Source: Promethearchaeota archaeon
Lineage (GTDB): Archaea > Asgardarchaeota > Lokiarchaeia > Sigyniarchaeales > SOKP01
Reading direction: 5' to 3'
Assembly: GCA_048939015.1 (NCBI GenBank)
Contig: JBHLPW010000057.1
Span: 1-29,203 of the forward strand
Length of the DNA: 29,203 nucleotides
The translations under genes and the position numbers were made by a program. This document shows, piece by piece, positions 1 through 9,425 of this stretch; positions within the stretch are counted from its first letter, which is position 1; the number at the start of each line of letters is the position of its first letter. The notes under the pieces were generated by a model. The model did no database searches, was not told the DNA's origin, and saw nothing but the letters and a program-made list of their open reading frames with translations.

Positions 1-155
1 GTGTTAATTTTTCTTAATTCAAAATTTACAACAGTTTTATGATTAAAAAATACAAAAATAGAAAAATGCGCTGTTATAATGAACGAAGTGTCAAAAAATA
101 ATATTATAGGATTGATAACAGCTGAAAATTTAAGATAAATTATTATCACCATAAA

Positions 156-791
156 ATGAAAAGAAAGGATATCAAAAGGAGGTATGTAGAATTGATTATT
201 GCAATAATAAATCTTGTTATAATGTTATGTACTTTTTTCATTATGGGATATACTTACACTATTAGTATTCAACCTATGAAACGTTCAGAAAAATATGGTG
301 ACAAAGCATGGAAAGATTGTAAGAAATTCCGTTCTATTGGAGGATTAGCCGAATTTATATCTATTGGTAATTTATTTCTCTGGATTTGGTTTCCACTTCC
401 TGTAGTGGATGATTGGATCATTAGTTCAAATATCTGGATAGGGATAATAATAGGGCTCTGTATTTTAGTACCTGGTGCTTATCTTCTGGTAAGAGGAGCA
501 AAAGATGCAGGATCTGAAACTTTAAGCCCTTCTAAAGATACTGAGATGTATGGAGGAATATATAGCTATATTAGACATCCTCAAACTCTTGGCGAGTTTC
601 CAATGTTCCCTGCTCTAGCTTTTATGTTCAATTCTTGGTTTTTAGTTATAATCTCGTCAATTTTTATTATATTATATACCCCTATTATGATTCATTATGA
701 AGAAAAAGATTTAGTAAAAAGATTTGGAGAAAAATACATCGAATACAAAAAAAGAACCGGTGCGTTATTTCCAAAACTTAGAAAACCTTGA
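156..791 (+). CDS. Isoprenylcysteine carboxyl methyltransferase (ICMT/PEMT)-family membrane methyltransferase
   Basis: Multiple TM segments; motifs GGIYSYIRHPQTLG and EEKDLVKRFGEKYIEYKKRTG match the ICMT/PEMT GxYxxxRHP...EE..L...FG..Y..Y pattern. Confidence 0.85.
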   Translation: MKRKDIKRRYVELIIAIINLVIMLCTFFIMGYTYTISIQPMKRSEKYGDKAWKDCKKFRSIGGLAEFISIGNLFLWIWFPLPVVDDWIISSNIWIGIIIGLCILVPGAYLLVRGAKDAGSETLSPSKDTEMYGGIYSYIRHPQTLGEFPMFPALAFMFNSWFLVIISSIFIILYTPIMIHYEEKDLVKRFGEKYIEYKKRTGALFPKLRKP

Positions 792-1243
792 GATATATGT
801 TTAGAGTGGTTAATTTGAATAAAATTATTGATGAGAGTATTAAACAAAATAGGTATTTATTCATAGCAGGTATCTGCTTCTTGATATATTCAATCATAGA
901 AATAACAGATTGTATTTTCCTAATCTTAATCATCTTGAACCTTGCTCCAAATTTATACCTTAGTTTAGGAATCATAATCCCTGAAATTCAGCAAATTCTT
1001 GGAAATCAACCTATTTATTTCCTTCCATTCTTTTTAAGCTTTACTCTTATGAGAGCCTATGCAACAATAGGAATTCTTAAAAATATATTATGGGGTTTCT
1101 ATATTGGGGTTATAAGTCTAATACTTACAATGATTATGACAATATTATTTATGCCTTTTGGTTTTTTTGAATTATTTTGCTGCACTGTTATTTTACTATT
1201 TTTATTACTAGGTTACTTTGAAAAAAAACCAATAGTGAATTAG
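788..1243 (+). CDS. Hypothetical ~4-TM membrane protein, paralog of 4599-5021 (start uncertain)
   Basis: Hydrophobic ORF overlapping the upstream stop (TTGA). Shares YSIxExxD, LNLxPNLYL, FTLMR, LWGxYIG, FxPFG and GYFExKPI with 4599-5021. Confidence 0.75.
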   Translation: MRYMFRVVNLNKIIDESIKQNRYLFIAGICFLIYSIIEITDCIFLILIILNLAPNLYLSLGIIIPEIQQILGNQPIYFLPFFLSFTLMRAYATIGILKNILWGFYIGVISLILTMIMTILFMPFGFFELFCCTVILLFLLLGYFEKKPIVN

Positions 1244-1359
1244 GTGATCCATTGTTCTATAAAAAATCTGAAGAGATGCCCCATTTCTTTGGATGTTTAA
1301 ATCAAATCTAATAAAAATTAAGATTAAATAATAAATAACGTCTGTTCCTATGTCTAATT

Positions 1360-2031
1360 ATGTCTTATGTCTATATGAAATCTTTAGAGAATAAGGCTGA
1401 AAAGTATGATAAAGGGATTAATACTCTCACTTTAGGCAAATATCCTAAAATCAAACAGTATATCGCAGATAATTACTTAAATGAAGGGGAAGACCTTTTG
1501 GATATTGGGATGGGCACAGGTACATTTGCCATCTTAGCAGCCAATAAAGGTTTAAATGTTACAGGCATAGATTATTCTGAAAAAATGTTATTTGTTGCTA
1601 AAAGAAATATAAAAGAAAGAAATTTATCAGACCAAATTAACATTAAGAGAATGCCAATTATTAATTTAGATAAAGAATTCAAAAATAGTTCATTTGATAA
1701 AGTTACTGCTATGTTATTATTTAGCGAATTATATGAAAAGGAACAAGATTTTACTTTGGAACAAATATATCGAATTTTAAAAGAGACTGGTGAATTTATT
1801 CTAGTGGATGAAGTAAAACCTAAATTACTATGGAAAAAGATTCTTTATTTCATTATAAGGGGTCCTCTTGTATTTGTAACCTTCTTAAAATCTCAATTAT
1901 CTACAAAAGCGTTAAAAAATTTTGAAGAGAGATTAAAAAAACATAGATTTGAGATAATTAGCGAGAAGTACTACCTATTAGATACTTTAAAACTATTTAG
2001 AATAAAAAAGAGAGTTGTTAGAAAGGAATGA
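1360..2031 (+). CDS. cpaM: Class I SAM-dependent methyltransferase (UbiE-like; corrinoid protein-associated, CpaM-type)
   Basis: SAM motif LDIGMGTG, GIDYSEKML. N-terminus YVYMKSLE...YDKGI..LTLG resembles methyltransferases encoded beside HgcAB-like fusions. ATGA overlap with the next gene. The symbol is from recall of the family, not from a search. Confidence 0.7.
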   Translation: MSYVYMKSLENKAEKYDKGINTLTLGKYPKIKQYIADNYLNEGEDLLDIGMGTGTFAILAANKGLNVTGIDYSEKMLFVAKRNIKERNLSDQINIKRMPIINLDKEFKNSSFDKVTAMLLFSELYEKEQDFTLEQIYRILKETGEFILVDEVKPKLLWKKILYFIIRGPLVFVTFLKSQLSTKALKNFEERLKKHRFEIISEKYYLLDTLKLFRIKKRVVRKE

Positions 2032-3119
2032 ATTTAAAAAATGCGTTTAAATTATTTGGAGGATATTTTTTTAGATGGATTGGATTTTCTACAGAACCAG
2101 ATTTAATAAGAGTCGGAAATCCGAATAAAAGTAGCCCAGTTTTTCTAACTTGTAATTTTAATATAACCGTGAAAAGAGTGATAAAAGCACTCAAGGGAAT
2201 TGATTGTTATTTATTAGTCGCTCCATCAAAGGGGATAAATGTATGGTGTGGAGCATGTGGAGATGATTTTAATACAGATTCTGTAATTTCAATAATAAAA
2301 ACGAGTGGAATAAATGATATAGTAGACCACCGGAGATTAATTCTTCCACAACTAAGCGCTCCTGGAATTGATCCACTGATTATTAAAAAAGAATTAGGGT
2401 GGAATGTTGAATTCGGTCCTGTTTATGCAAAAGATATTCAAACTTATGTAAAGTCTGATTTTAATAAAATTGATCAAATGCGTGAAGTAAAATTCACGAT
2501 CTCAAAGAGAAGCGAAATGGCTAATATGTATTTCTTTACTGTGCTTATATTATTTACATTAATTTTTTGTATTTATGCAATAATTATAGCTAAATTCAAT
2601 ATTTTTCTCTTTTTAAATAGTGTAGTAATTATAGCAATAAACATTTATGGTGCCCTTATTATTTTACCGAGTATTAAAACAAAGACAGGAAGACCTAAAG
2701 TATTAATATTTGAAGCTTTCTTAGTTATTCTAATTGTTTTATTCAATATTATAGTTTTTCCCAACCTATTTTATTTAATTTGGAATATTGTTATAACTTT
2801 AGTTATCTCTCTTATCTTGATAGAGGATTTTCACGGATTAACTCCAATATATAAGAGTGAAATGGGTGAGAAAACTTGGGAAAAAGGAAAAAAAGAAATG
2901 AGATTTATGGGAATGAAAATAAAGTTACAACCTTATGGAGATATTAGACTAGAGCGGGAAAAATGCATTGGATGCAAGGTGTGTATTGATGTGTGCCCTA
3001 GAAATCTCTATGAATTTAAAATAAGTGATAAAAAAGTGGAGTTACATAATCCTGAGGATTGTATAAATTGTAATGCTTGCGTTAAACGATGTTTAGTGCA
3101 TTGTCTTGATATAAAATAA
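2028..3119 (+). CDS. HgcAB-like fusion: CFeSP/HgcA corrinoid-binding domain + ~4 TM helices + 2[4Fe-4S] ferredoxin
   Basis: GNPNKSSPVFLTCNF, GINVWCGACG (HgcA cap-helix N(V/I)WCA(A/G)GK-like), LILPQLSAPG, FGPVYAKDI; TM block; CIGCKVCIDVCP and CINCNACVKRC. Confidence 0.88.
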   Translation: MNLKNAFKLFGGYFFRWIGFSTEPDLIRVGNPNKSSPVFLTCNFNITVKRVIKALKGIDCYLLVAPSKGINVWCGACGDDFNTDSVISIIKTSGINDIVDHRRLILPQLSAPGIDPLIIKKELGWNVEFGPVYAKDIQTYVKSDFNKIDQMREVKFTISKRSEMANMYFFTVLILFTLIFCIYAIIIAKFNIFLFLNSVVIIAINIYGALIILPSIKTKTGRPKVLIFEAFLVILIVLFNIIVFPNLFYLIWNIVITLVISLILIEDFHGLTPIYKSEMGEKTWEKGKKEMRFMGMKIKLQPYGDIRLEREKCIGCKVCIDVCPRNLYEFKISDKKVELHNPEDCINCNACVKRCLVHCLDIK

Positions 3120-3323
3120 TTATTAAATTGTGATTATTAATAATTCTAATCAATCTGAGGGGATAATTACAGAATAGTTATTAAATAAAGTAATTGAGTT
3201 CGGTAATCCTAATTTTTTAAAAGATTTTTTTATGAATCAAAATCAGATTTAAAATGAAGGAATTTCCCTTTCTTTATTATAATTATGATAAAATTAGAAT
3301 TTCATTTTTGAAAACTCCTATAC

Positions 3324-4055
3324 TTACCAAATATGAGGAACCAAACGATAGCGAGTTCTCTTTGCATACTCTTCATATCCGGATAATTCATTCCGAAGAG
3401 TATTATCCTCTAAAGCAGTTCTTACAATAAATCCAAGAATCATTACGCCTATAGGAATATAACCCCACCAAGACCCAAGCATCATTGGCGTTGAAAAAAG
3501 CAATATTATTTCACTTGCATATCCAGGATGACGAATTATTTTATATGGTCCAGAATTAATAACGATATGATGTCTATCTTCTTGGATACGAACAGTTAAT
3601 TCAAAATACGGATTTGTCATCATTACCCATACCCCTAAAATAAAGCCAGGAAAAGAAATAAATATTCCGATAATAAGGAAATATTCTGGCATGAAAGACC
3701 ATCTAAAAACAACTGCATCCAATGCTATTATTGCCATACTGATAAGAATAATTGGCATTGTTAGAGTTACAAAAACTTTATCAAAAGTTTTTGTTCCTTC
3801 CTTAACAATTTTGCCACGCTCATTTAACATCCCTGGATTCTTCTTAATTGAAAGAAGTACATTAGCTGTTTGAGATATAACACTTATTCCTAAGTAGATC
3901 CAAGCATTTAACCAATTCCATTTACCAGAAATGAAAAGCAAAGCTAAGAATGAGATTATAATTAGAGAATACCATAAAAGAATTCCCTTAATTCCTTCTC
4001 GATTGAGTTTTTCTTCGTCCTTATTATTTTCATTATCAATTCTATTATTACTCAT
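3324..4055 (-). CDS. ICMT/Ste14-family membrane methyltransferase
   Basis: NPYFELTVRIQEDRHH.VINSGPYKIIRHPGY ... RTALEDNTL...LSGYEEYAKRTRYRLVP; TM-rich. Confidence 0.85.
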   Translation of the reverse strand: MSNNRIDNENNKDEEKLNREGIKGILLWYSLIIISFLALLFISGKWNWLNAWIYLGISVISQTANVLLSIKKNPGMLNERGKIVKEGTKTFDKVFVTLTMPIILISMAIIALDAVVFRWSFMPEYFLIIGIFISFPGFILGVWVMMTNPYFELTVRIQEDRHHIVINSGPYKIIRHPGYASEIILLFSTPMMLGSWWGYIPIGVMILGFIVRTALEDNTLRNELSGYEEYAKRTRYRLVPHIW

Positions 4056-4576
4056 CCTAATCTCTCTGAAGGGATCCTAACAGAATAACTCCCAACTTCA
4101 ATATTTTTTCTTAGTTTCATAAGGGAATATCCCAGTCCATAACAGAATAGTTTATTATTGGGAGAAATTTTTATAAATACTGCTTTTTGCTGCTTGGGAT
4201 TCAATTTTCTTGCTTGTTGAATATTCATTTTTAGAATCCTTGAACCGCAATCGAAAGAATTCTGAGCTCCTTTATTGGTAAAAGGAAGAATCTCGGCTGT
4301 TCCTTGAAATTGGATGCAAGAAGAAGGAACAAATCTGAGCAGATGGTGCGGGAAAGGAATAACAAATGATATTGAATTATTTTGTTTGATATTTTGTACT
4401 TTTTTATAATTATTCTCAGTTAAAATATATAATGTAAATTTAGCTTCTGGTGATGATACGCTGTAAATTATTCCAGTTGAATGAGATTTCCCGTTTTGGT
4501 CAATCGTACTTAATATTCCAAATGTTTTTTTTCTAATTTCTTGATCAACAAACTCAAAATCTAATTCTTTTTTCAA
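4052..4576 (-). CDS. Pyridoxamine 5'-phosphate oxidase-like (split-barrel flavin/F420-binding) protein
   Basis: FGILSTIDQNGKSHSTGI, T....KKVQNIKQNNSISF, IQFQGTAEI pattern. TTG start; ATGA overlap with the downstream gene. Confidence 0.8.
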   Translation of the reverse strand: MKKELDFEFVDQEIRKKTFGILSTIDQNGKSHSTGIIYSVSSPEAKFTLYILTENNYKKVQNIKQNNSISFVIPFPHHLLRFVPSSCIQFQGTAEILPFTNKGAQNSFDCGSRILKMNIQQARKLNPKQQKAVFIKISPNNKLFCYGLGYSLMKLRKNIEVGSYSVRIPSERLG

Positions 4577-4598
4577 TTATATCAATTCCATTTATTCT

Positions 4599-5021
4599 TT
4601 AATTATTTATGATTGGTTTATTCTCAAAATATCCAACCATTAGAAGGATAAGGATTATACTACATGCAAGAAGCTCATAACTTCCAAATGGTAGAAATAA
4701 AACCGTGAGAATCATTGTTAAGACAAGACTGATCATTCCAATATATAGACCCCATAATCGATTCTTAAAAATACCTATTGTGGAAATAACTCGCATTAAT
4801 GTAAATGCCCAGAAAATTGGTGCTAATGTTAGTGGTTGAGATTCTAATAATTGCTGTATTATAGGAACATTAAACTCAAAGACTAAGTATAGGTTTGGTA
4901 TTAAATTTAGAGCCATTAGGATGATTATAATGCTGTCTGATAATTCTAGAATAGAATAACACAACATGCAAATCGAAGCTGCAAATAGCCACTTATTTTT
5001 TTTTATCGCTAATTTTCTCAT
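4599..5021 (-). CDS. Hypothetical ~4-TM membrane protein, paralog of 788-1243
   Basis: Colinear similarity to 788-1243 over the whole length. Confidence 0.78.
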   Translation of the reverse strand: MRKLAIKKNKWLFAASICMLCYSILELSDSIIIILMALNLIPNLYLVFEFNVPIIQQLLESQPLTLAPIFWAFTLMRVISTIGIFKNRLWGLYIGMISLVLTMILTVLFLPFGSYELLACSIILILLMVGYFENKPIINN

Positions 5022-5060
5022 AATGATTTTTGATTATATAAAATGACGTAATTATATTAG

Positions 5061-5903
5061 TTATTCATGAGGTAGGAGCATTATTAAGTATACAATAAGA
5101 ATGATCCCTGCAATGAAAATTAATGTTTGAATCAGCGATTTTTTTAAATCTTTTTGATCTAATATTTCAGGCATAAGCTCGACACAAGCTAGATATAAAA
5201 ATCCACCTCCGGAAAAAGCTAATATAAAAAGGTTGAATGTTTCGAGTAAAGAAGTTACTAAAAGGGCAACAATACCACCTAAAATTGCGACTATACCACT
5301 TAAAAAGTTATAAATCAATGCTTTTTTTTTCGTGAATCCTCCGTATACGAGAATTCCAAAATCCCCAATCTCTTGCGGGAGTTCATGAAAAAATACAGCA
5401 AGAGTAATAATAATCCCCATCGGGATACCCTGCAAAAAAGAAACTAATATAACAACCCCATCTAAAAAATTGTGCATCCCATCACCTAACAAGTTCAAAT
5501 ATACAAAGGTCTTAATGTTTGGTTCTTTTTTAAGCAAGTTTTCTTTTCCTTCAGTCATATTCTCATAACAAACCATTTGGCTTTCATGTTCATGAGCATG
5601 TCCGTGGAACCAATAAATAAATCGTTCCAGAATAAAAAAAATCACAAAACCTAAGATTATATATATAAATACTAGACTTTCTTGTATAAACATCCCCTCA
5701 GCATTAAGTTCTTCTGCATGGTGAATTGATTCAGGGATTAAATCGAATAATGCAGTTGCAAGTATTGTTCCTGTAGCAAAAGCTACTAGTATAAATAATA
5801 TTTTGTCTAATGTTTTTTCCTTTAATGAGATCATGAATAATCCAACTAAACTAACTAAACTAATTAAAAAGATCATGAGAAATCCCAAGAATAAGCTCCA
5901 CAT
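5061..5903 (-). CDS. ZIP-family divalent metal (Zn/Fe/Mn) transporter
   Basis: DLIPES, His-rich loop HGHAHEH, GDGMHNFLDG, HELPQEIGDFG, GGFLYLA..ELMPE. Confidence 0.92.
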   Translation of the reverse strand: MWSLFLGFLMIFLISLVSLVGLFMISLKEKTLDKILFILVAFATGTILATALFDLIPESIHHAEELNAEGMFIQESLVFIYIILGFVIFFILERFIYWFHGHAHEHESQMVCYENMTEGKENLLKKEPNIKTFVYLNLLGDGMHNFLDGVVILVSFLQGIPMGIIITLAVFFHELPQEIGDFGILVYGGFTKKKALIYNFLSGIVAILGGIVALLVTSLLETFNLFILAFSGGGFLYLACVELMPEILDQKDLKKSLIQTLIFIAGIILIVYLIMLLPHE

Positions 5904-6015
5904 GTCAATTTCACTACTTTATTTTTTTCCTTTAATTTCTTAATTATTCTAAGTTATAATTACTTTTTTTAAATTTTTTATTATAAAAGATAAAGGGACA
6001 AAATTAGAATATATG

Positions 6016-6885
6016 TTACACTTTTCCAAGGATAAATTTAAAAAATTGCCCCCAGTTTTTCGGACGTACAAAAAAAGCTGGGACATTTTTTCTATATTCC
6101 TTATATGAATCTCCAAATCGATTAATCAATTCTTTTTCTTCTACAAAATGAATATGAACAAGCATTCCAAAGTAAAGTATAAAGAAAAACAAAATTGAAT
6201 AAAGCGTTAATTGGAGAATTGCACCTCCTAAACAAATAATAATAGCCCCCGCATAAGTGGGATGACGTAGTGAGGAATATATTTTATTATCTTGTAGTTC
6301 ACTTTCCTCAGGAAAGTATAGATATATTACAGTCATATAATCAAAACCAAATGTGAATAATGCCCTTAAGCACATTAATATTCCCAAAAATCCCAAGAAT
6401 AATCCACAAATCAAACGTAAATATTCAAAAAATAACATCACTAGGGGAATATATGAATTCAAGGCAGTTGCAAAAACAGAATAGGGAAATTGAGACCAGA
6501 ATCCAATATTCCATTTATAAAAACTAATGTAGGTATGAATTACTATACTAAATATGATAATAACACCCCCAAATCCTGCCAGAAATACTTTCTGGTAAGA
6601 TAATTGCCCATATTTCGCTCTCAATCGATCTCGATGTAACCACATTTGATATATTAAAAATATTGCAATTATTCCCATTAGTAGAACTCCAAAAACAGGA
6701 AACCATGGAAGAACAAAGCCTAATAATCCATTTGTAGGCAAAATAGTAGGTAAGATATCAATATAGATTTGAATTAATAAACTAACAATTAATAAAGAAA
6801 ATAAATAAAGTGGAAGAAAAATTATTTTCTTTCCAGAAAATCCAGGCAATTTTTCACGGAACTTTTCAATTCCCTTTAATTTCAA
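6016..6885 (-). CDS. ICMT/PEMT-family membrane methyltransferase
   Basis: IYSSLRHPTYAG ... VEEKELINRFGDSYKEYRKNVPAF. TTG start preceded by AGGTGA that overlaps the upstream TAG. Confidence 0.85.
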   Translation of the reverse strand: MKLKGIEKFREKLPGFSGKKIIFLPLYLFSLLIVSLLIQIYIDILPTILPTNGLLGFVLPWFPVFGVLLMGIIAIFLIYQMWLHRDRLRAKYGQLSYQKVFLAGFGGVIIIFSIVIHTYISFYKWNIGFWSQFPYSVFATALNSYIPLVMLFFEYLRLICGLFLGFLGILMCLRALFTFGFDYMTVIYLYFPEESELQDNKIYSSLRHPTYAGAIIICLGGAILQLTLYSILFFFILYFGMLVHIHFVEEKELINRFGDSYKEYRKNVPAFFVRPKNWGQFFKFILGKV

Positions 6886-6896
6886 TTTTTTTTCAC

Positions 6897-7580
6897 CTAA
6901 TTTTTTTTCAATTCAATTTTTAACCATATTGGTAAATTTGCTAAAGAAATTTTATTAATGGAGTAATGAGTATTAAATAGTGATTTACCTATAATTTCTC
7001 TTAATTTTTCTATTGGATAAGTCATTTTTAATTGCTTTTTCAAGAAATAAGGAACAATTTTTCTATTGAAAAAACTTTCATTTTGAAGATTTGATTTTAA
7101 TCCTTCTTTCAATTCTTTCTTATTATAATCTTTATCAGATTCAAAAAATAGACAACTCCTCCCAGGTTTTAATATTCGATGGATTTCATTTATAGAATCT
7201 ATAGGATTATTCCAAAGATAAAAGCTTCCTGTACATGTTACCATATCAAAAAAATCGTTTTTGAATGTTGTGTCTTTTATATTTCCTTGCTCTAAATTAA
7301 CATTAATATCTTTTAAGTTATCCTTTGCGATATTAATCATTTGTTCTGATATATCATAACCATACAATTCAATATTCGGATTAATTTTATGTATTTCTAA
7401 TAGTAACATCCCATGACCTGTCCCAATATCTAATAATCTTCCTTCATCTATATGATCTAATAAATCTTTAGCTATTTGATTTCTTTGATGTTTCAATGGA
7501 GTGAGTTGCATCATTTTATTGTACATTTTTGCTGCAAACTTAGGTAATTTAGAAAAACTTGTCTCTCCCCGATCTTTCAT
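6897..7580 (-). CDS. Class I SAM-dependent methyltransferase
   Basis: LLDIGTGHG, GYDISEQMI, FDMVTCTGS, EIHRILKPG. Confidence 0.88.
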   Translation of the reverse strand: MKDRGETSFSKLPKFAAKMYNKMMQLTPLKHQRNQIAKDLLDHIDEGRLLDIGTGHGMLLLEIHKINPNIELYGYDISEQMINIAKDNLKDINVNLEQGNIKDTTFKNDFFDMVTCTGSFYLWNNPIDSINEIHRILKPGRSCLFFESDKDYNKKELKEGLKSNLQNESFFNRKIVPYFLKKQLKMTYPIEKLREIIGKSLFNTHYSINKISLANLPIWLKIELKKN

Positions 7581-7738
7581 GAAATTAAACCGCTAATATT
7601 TCTCTTGTTTATATTTAAACATAAGCTTATTCACATAAGAAAATTATCAAACCATAGAAAATGAATATAAATCAAAAAGTATGATTCTATTAAAATCCTT
7701 GTCTTACAAAATTAAATGTAAATAATTAATATATTTCA

Positions 7739-8683
7739 TTAACATTCTAAATGTCCATAACCTTGATTGGAATCAATATACTGCTGATTATATGTATCAA
7801 AATTATATTGAATATAATGAGTCCTCCCATGTACCATCGTCTCTAAAAAGAAAAATCTTACCGAAAATAAGCCATTCTCCCTAATGAATATTGGTAAAAC
7901 TGTCCATTTTGCGTAATAATAATGTTTATTACAGAATTCAATCGCTTTTTTAAAAAATTTCATTTCTTCTGATTCTAGAATAGACTCATTTTTGTATATT
8001 ATTTTGGATGTTAAAAAGTGGGACTTTTTTTCAATACATAATGACAATCCCTCTTGAGTAATATGCTGTTCAAAAATAGTGAAATAAAATGGAAATACTC
8101 CTGGAAAGTATTTTTGATTGTCTTTAAGATGTAAATTTATCCAAATTTTTGAAGAAATTCTATATAAATAATAAAACAGATAAAAATATGTGTAAAAGTT
8201 AATAACACTAATAAATAGGGATATTTCTGCAGAGCTATGATACATTACAAGAAGTATTATTAGAAAAACCAATGAATTTATAAAAGTAAATGAGCTACCC
8301 GCTTTTTCGATGTAAAAACTATATTCTTTTTTAGAAAGGGGAAATAAGTATGGGATCTTAGTAGTAGTAAGGAGATCCATTGAAACGTGTAATCCATAAA
8401 ACACGGATCCTATAATCCAAGCTATAAGAAATGGTTTATTTCTAAAAATAGAGAAAAAGATGTTTAAAATAGCAGATATAATTATTCCTACTATATATGA
8501 ATGAGAGCCTCCACGATGATCTAGATAATTTGATTTAAAAATCCTTTTTAACGGGAATAAAAATATGTCTAAATCTGGTAGCACTGAGAAAAAAAGAGCT
8601 ATAGGGATATAATCGAATGTTATATCTTTAAAAAAGAGTATATACAATAAGCCTGCAACAACAGAATGAGTGAAGATATCCAT
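7739..8683 (-). CDS. Membrane-bound metal-dependent hydrolase (YdjM/YbcI-like)
   Basis: MDIFTH, LPDLD, HRGGSHS, HVSMDLLT motifs with TM segments. Confidence 0.85.
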   Translation of the reverse strand: MDIFTHSVVAGLLYILFFKDITFDYIPIALFFSVLPDLDIFLFPLKRIFKSNYLDHRGGSHSYIVGIIISAILNIFFSIFRNKPFLIAWIIGSVFYGLHVSMDLLTTTKIPYLFPLSKKEYSFYIEKAGSSFTFINSLVFLIILLVMYHSSAEISLFISVINFYTYFYLFYYLYRISSKIWINLHLKDNQKYFPGVFPFYFTIFEQHITQEGLSLCIEKKSHFLTSKIIYKNESILESEEMKFFKKAIEFCNKHYYYAKWTVLPIFIRENGLFSVRFFFLETMVHGRTHYIQYNFDTYNQQYIDSNQGYGHLEC

Positions 8684-8926
8684 AGTAATTATTTTTTGTA
8701 GTTATTAAATAATTAAAATAGTAAAAGAAAAATTTAACAGTTATTTTCTAAAACTTATTTGATAACTTAATTAATGTGAAAGAAGTCAATGAGTTTAGAG
8801 TAAAATATTTTTATCCAGAGCTTTTTAAACATGTCTTAATATTTAAAATTTTAAAAAGTTGCTATTAAAATTTAATTAAATAAGAATGAATAATTCTTCA
8901 AAAGAATTTTCATATGAGAATTCAAC

Positions 8927-9355
8927 TTGTTAAAAGCAATTTTAATATATCATACACGTTCAGGTAATACCAAATCCTTAGCTGAAAAAATTAAGAATCG
9001 ATTAGAATCTCTTAATATATTAGTTACAATTTATCAAGATTTAAATTTTAAAGAAAACGAATCTCTAAAAGAATATGATATCATAGGTCTAGGTACTCCA
9101 ACACATTATTTTCAGATAGCAAAAGAATTTAAGACTTTTCTACAAGACATTATAAACTTTAATTTCGAAGGGAAAAAACTTATTGTCTTTGGAACTGGTA
9201 CCAGCAAGACAGGTCCGCCAAAGACATGTAATGATATTATCAAAATAATGAAATCAACTGGTATTCAAACGATTGCGAAAATAGGATGCGTTAAAACACC
9301 AACAGACGAAACAGATACAGAGATTGAAAAAATTATCTCAAAAGATATCTTCTAA
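8927..9355 (+). CDS. Flavodoxin-domain protein
   Basis: FMN loop YHTRSGNTK; YDIIGLGTPTH; GKKLIVFGT. Confidence 0.85.
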   Translation: MLKAILIYHTRSGNTKSLAEKIKNRLESLNILVTIYQDLNFKENESLKEYDIIGLGTPTHYFQIAKEFKTFLQDIINFNFEGKKLIVFGTGTSKTGPPKTCNDIIKIMKSTGIQTIAKIGCVKTPTDETDTEIEKIISKDIF

Positions 9356-9425
9356 TTTTAAATTTCGGTTTAACTAATAATCAATTGAAAAAATGAATTT
9401 CTTAAAAAAATATATAAAACTGAAT

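Noticed and set aside
2028-3119. Calling the organism a mercury methylator
   Set aside because: The cap helix deviates from the HgcA consensus, the gene is a fusion, and the HgcB Cys tail is absent.
5951-5965. Near-palindrome AAGTTATAATTACTT upstream of the ZIP gene as a zinc operator
   Set aside because: Too AT-rich and imperfect to distinguish from background.
788-6899. Selenocysteine/pyrrolysine readthrough at TGA (791, 2031, 4052) or TAG (6897) stops
   Set aside because: The TGA stops are ordinary 4-nt stop/start overlaps, the proteins are complete, the downstream genes are out of frame, and no SECIS was recognised.
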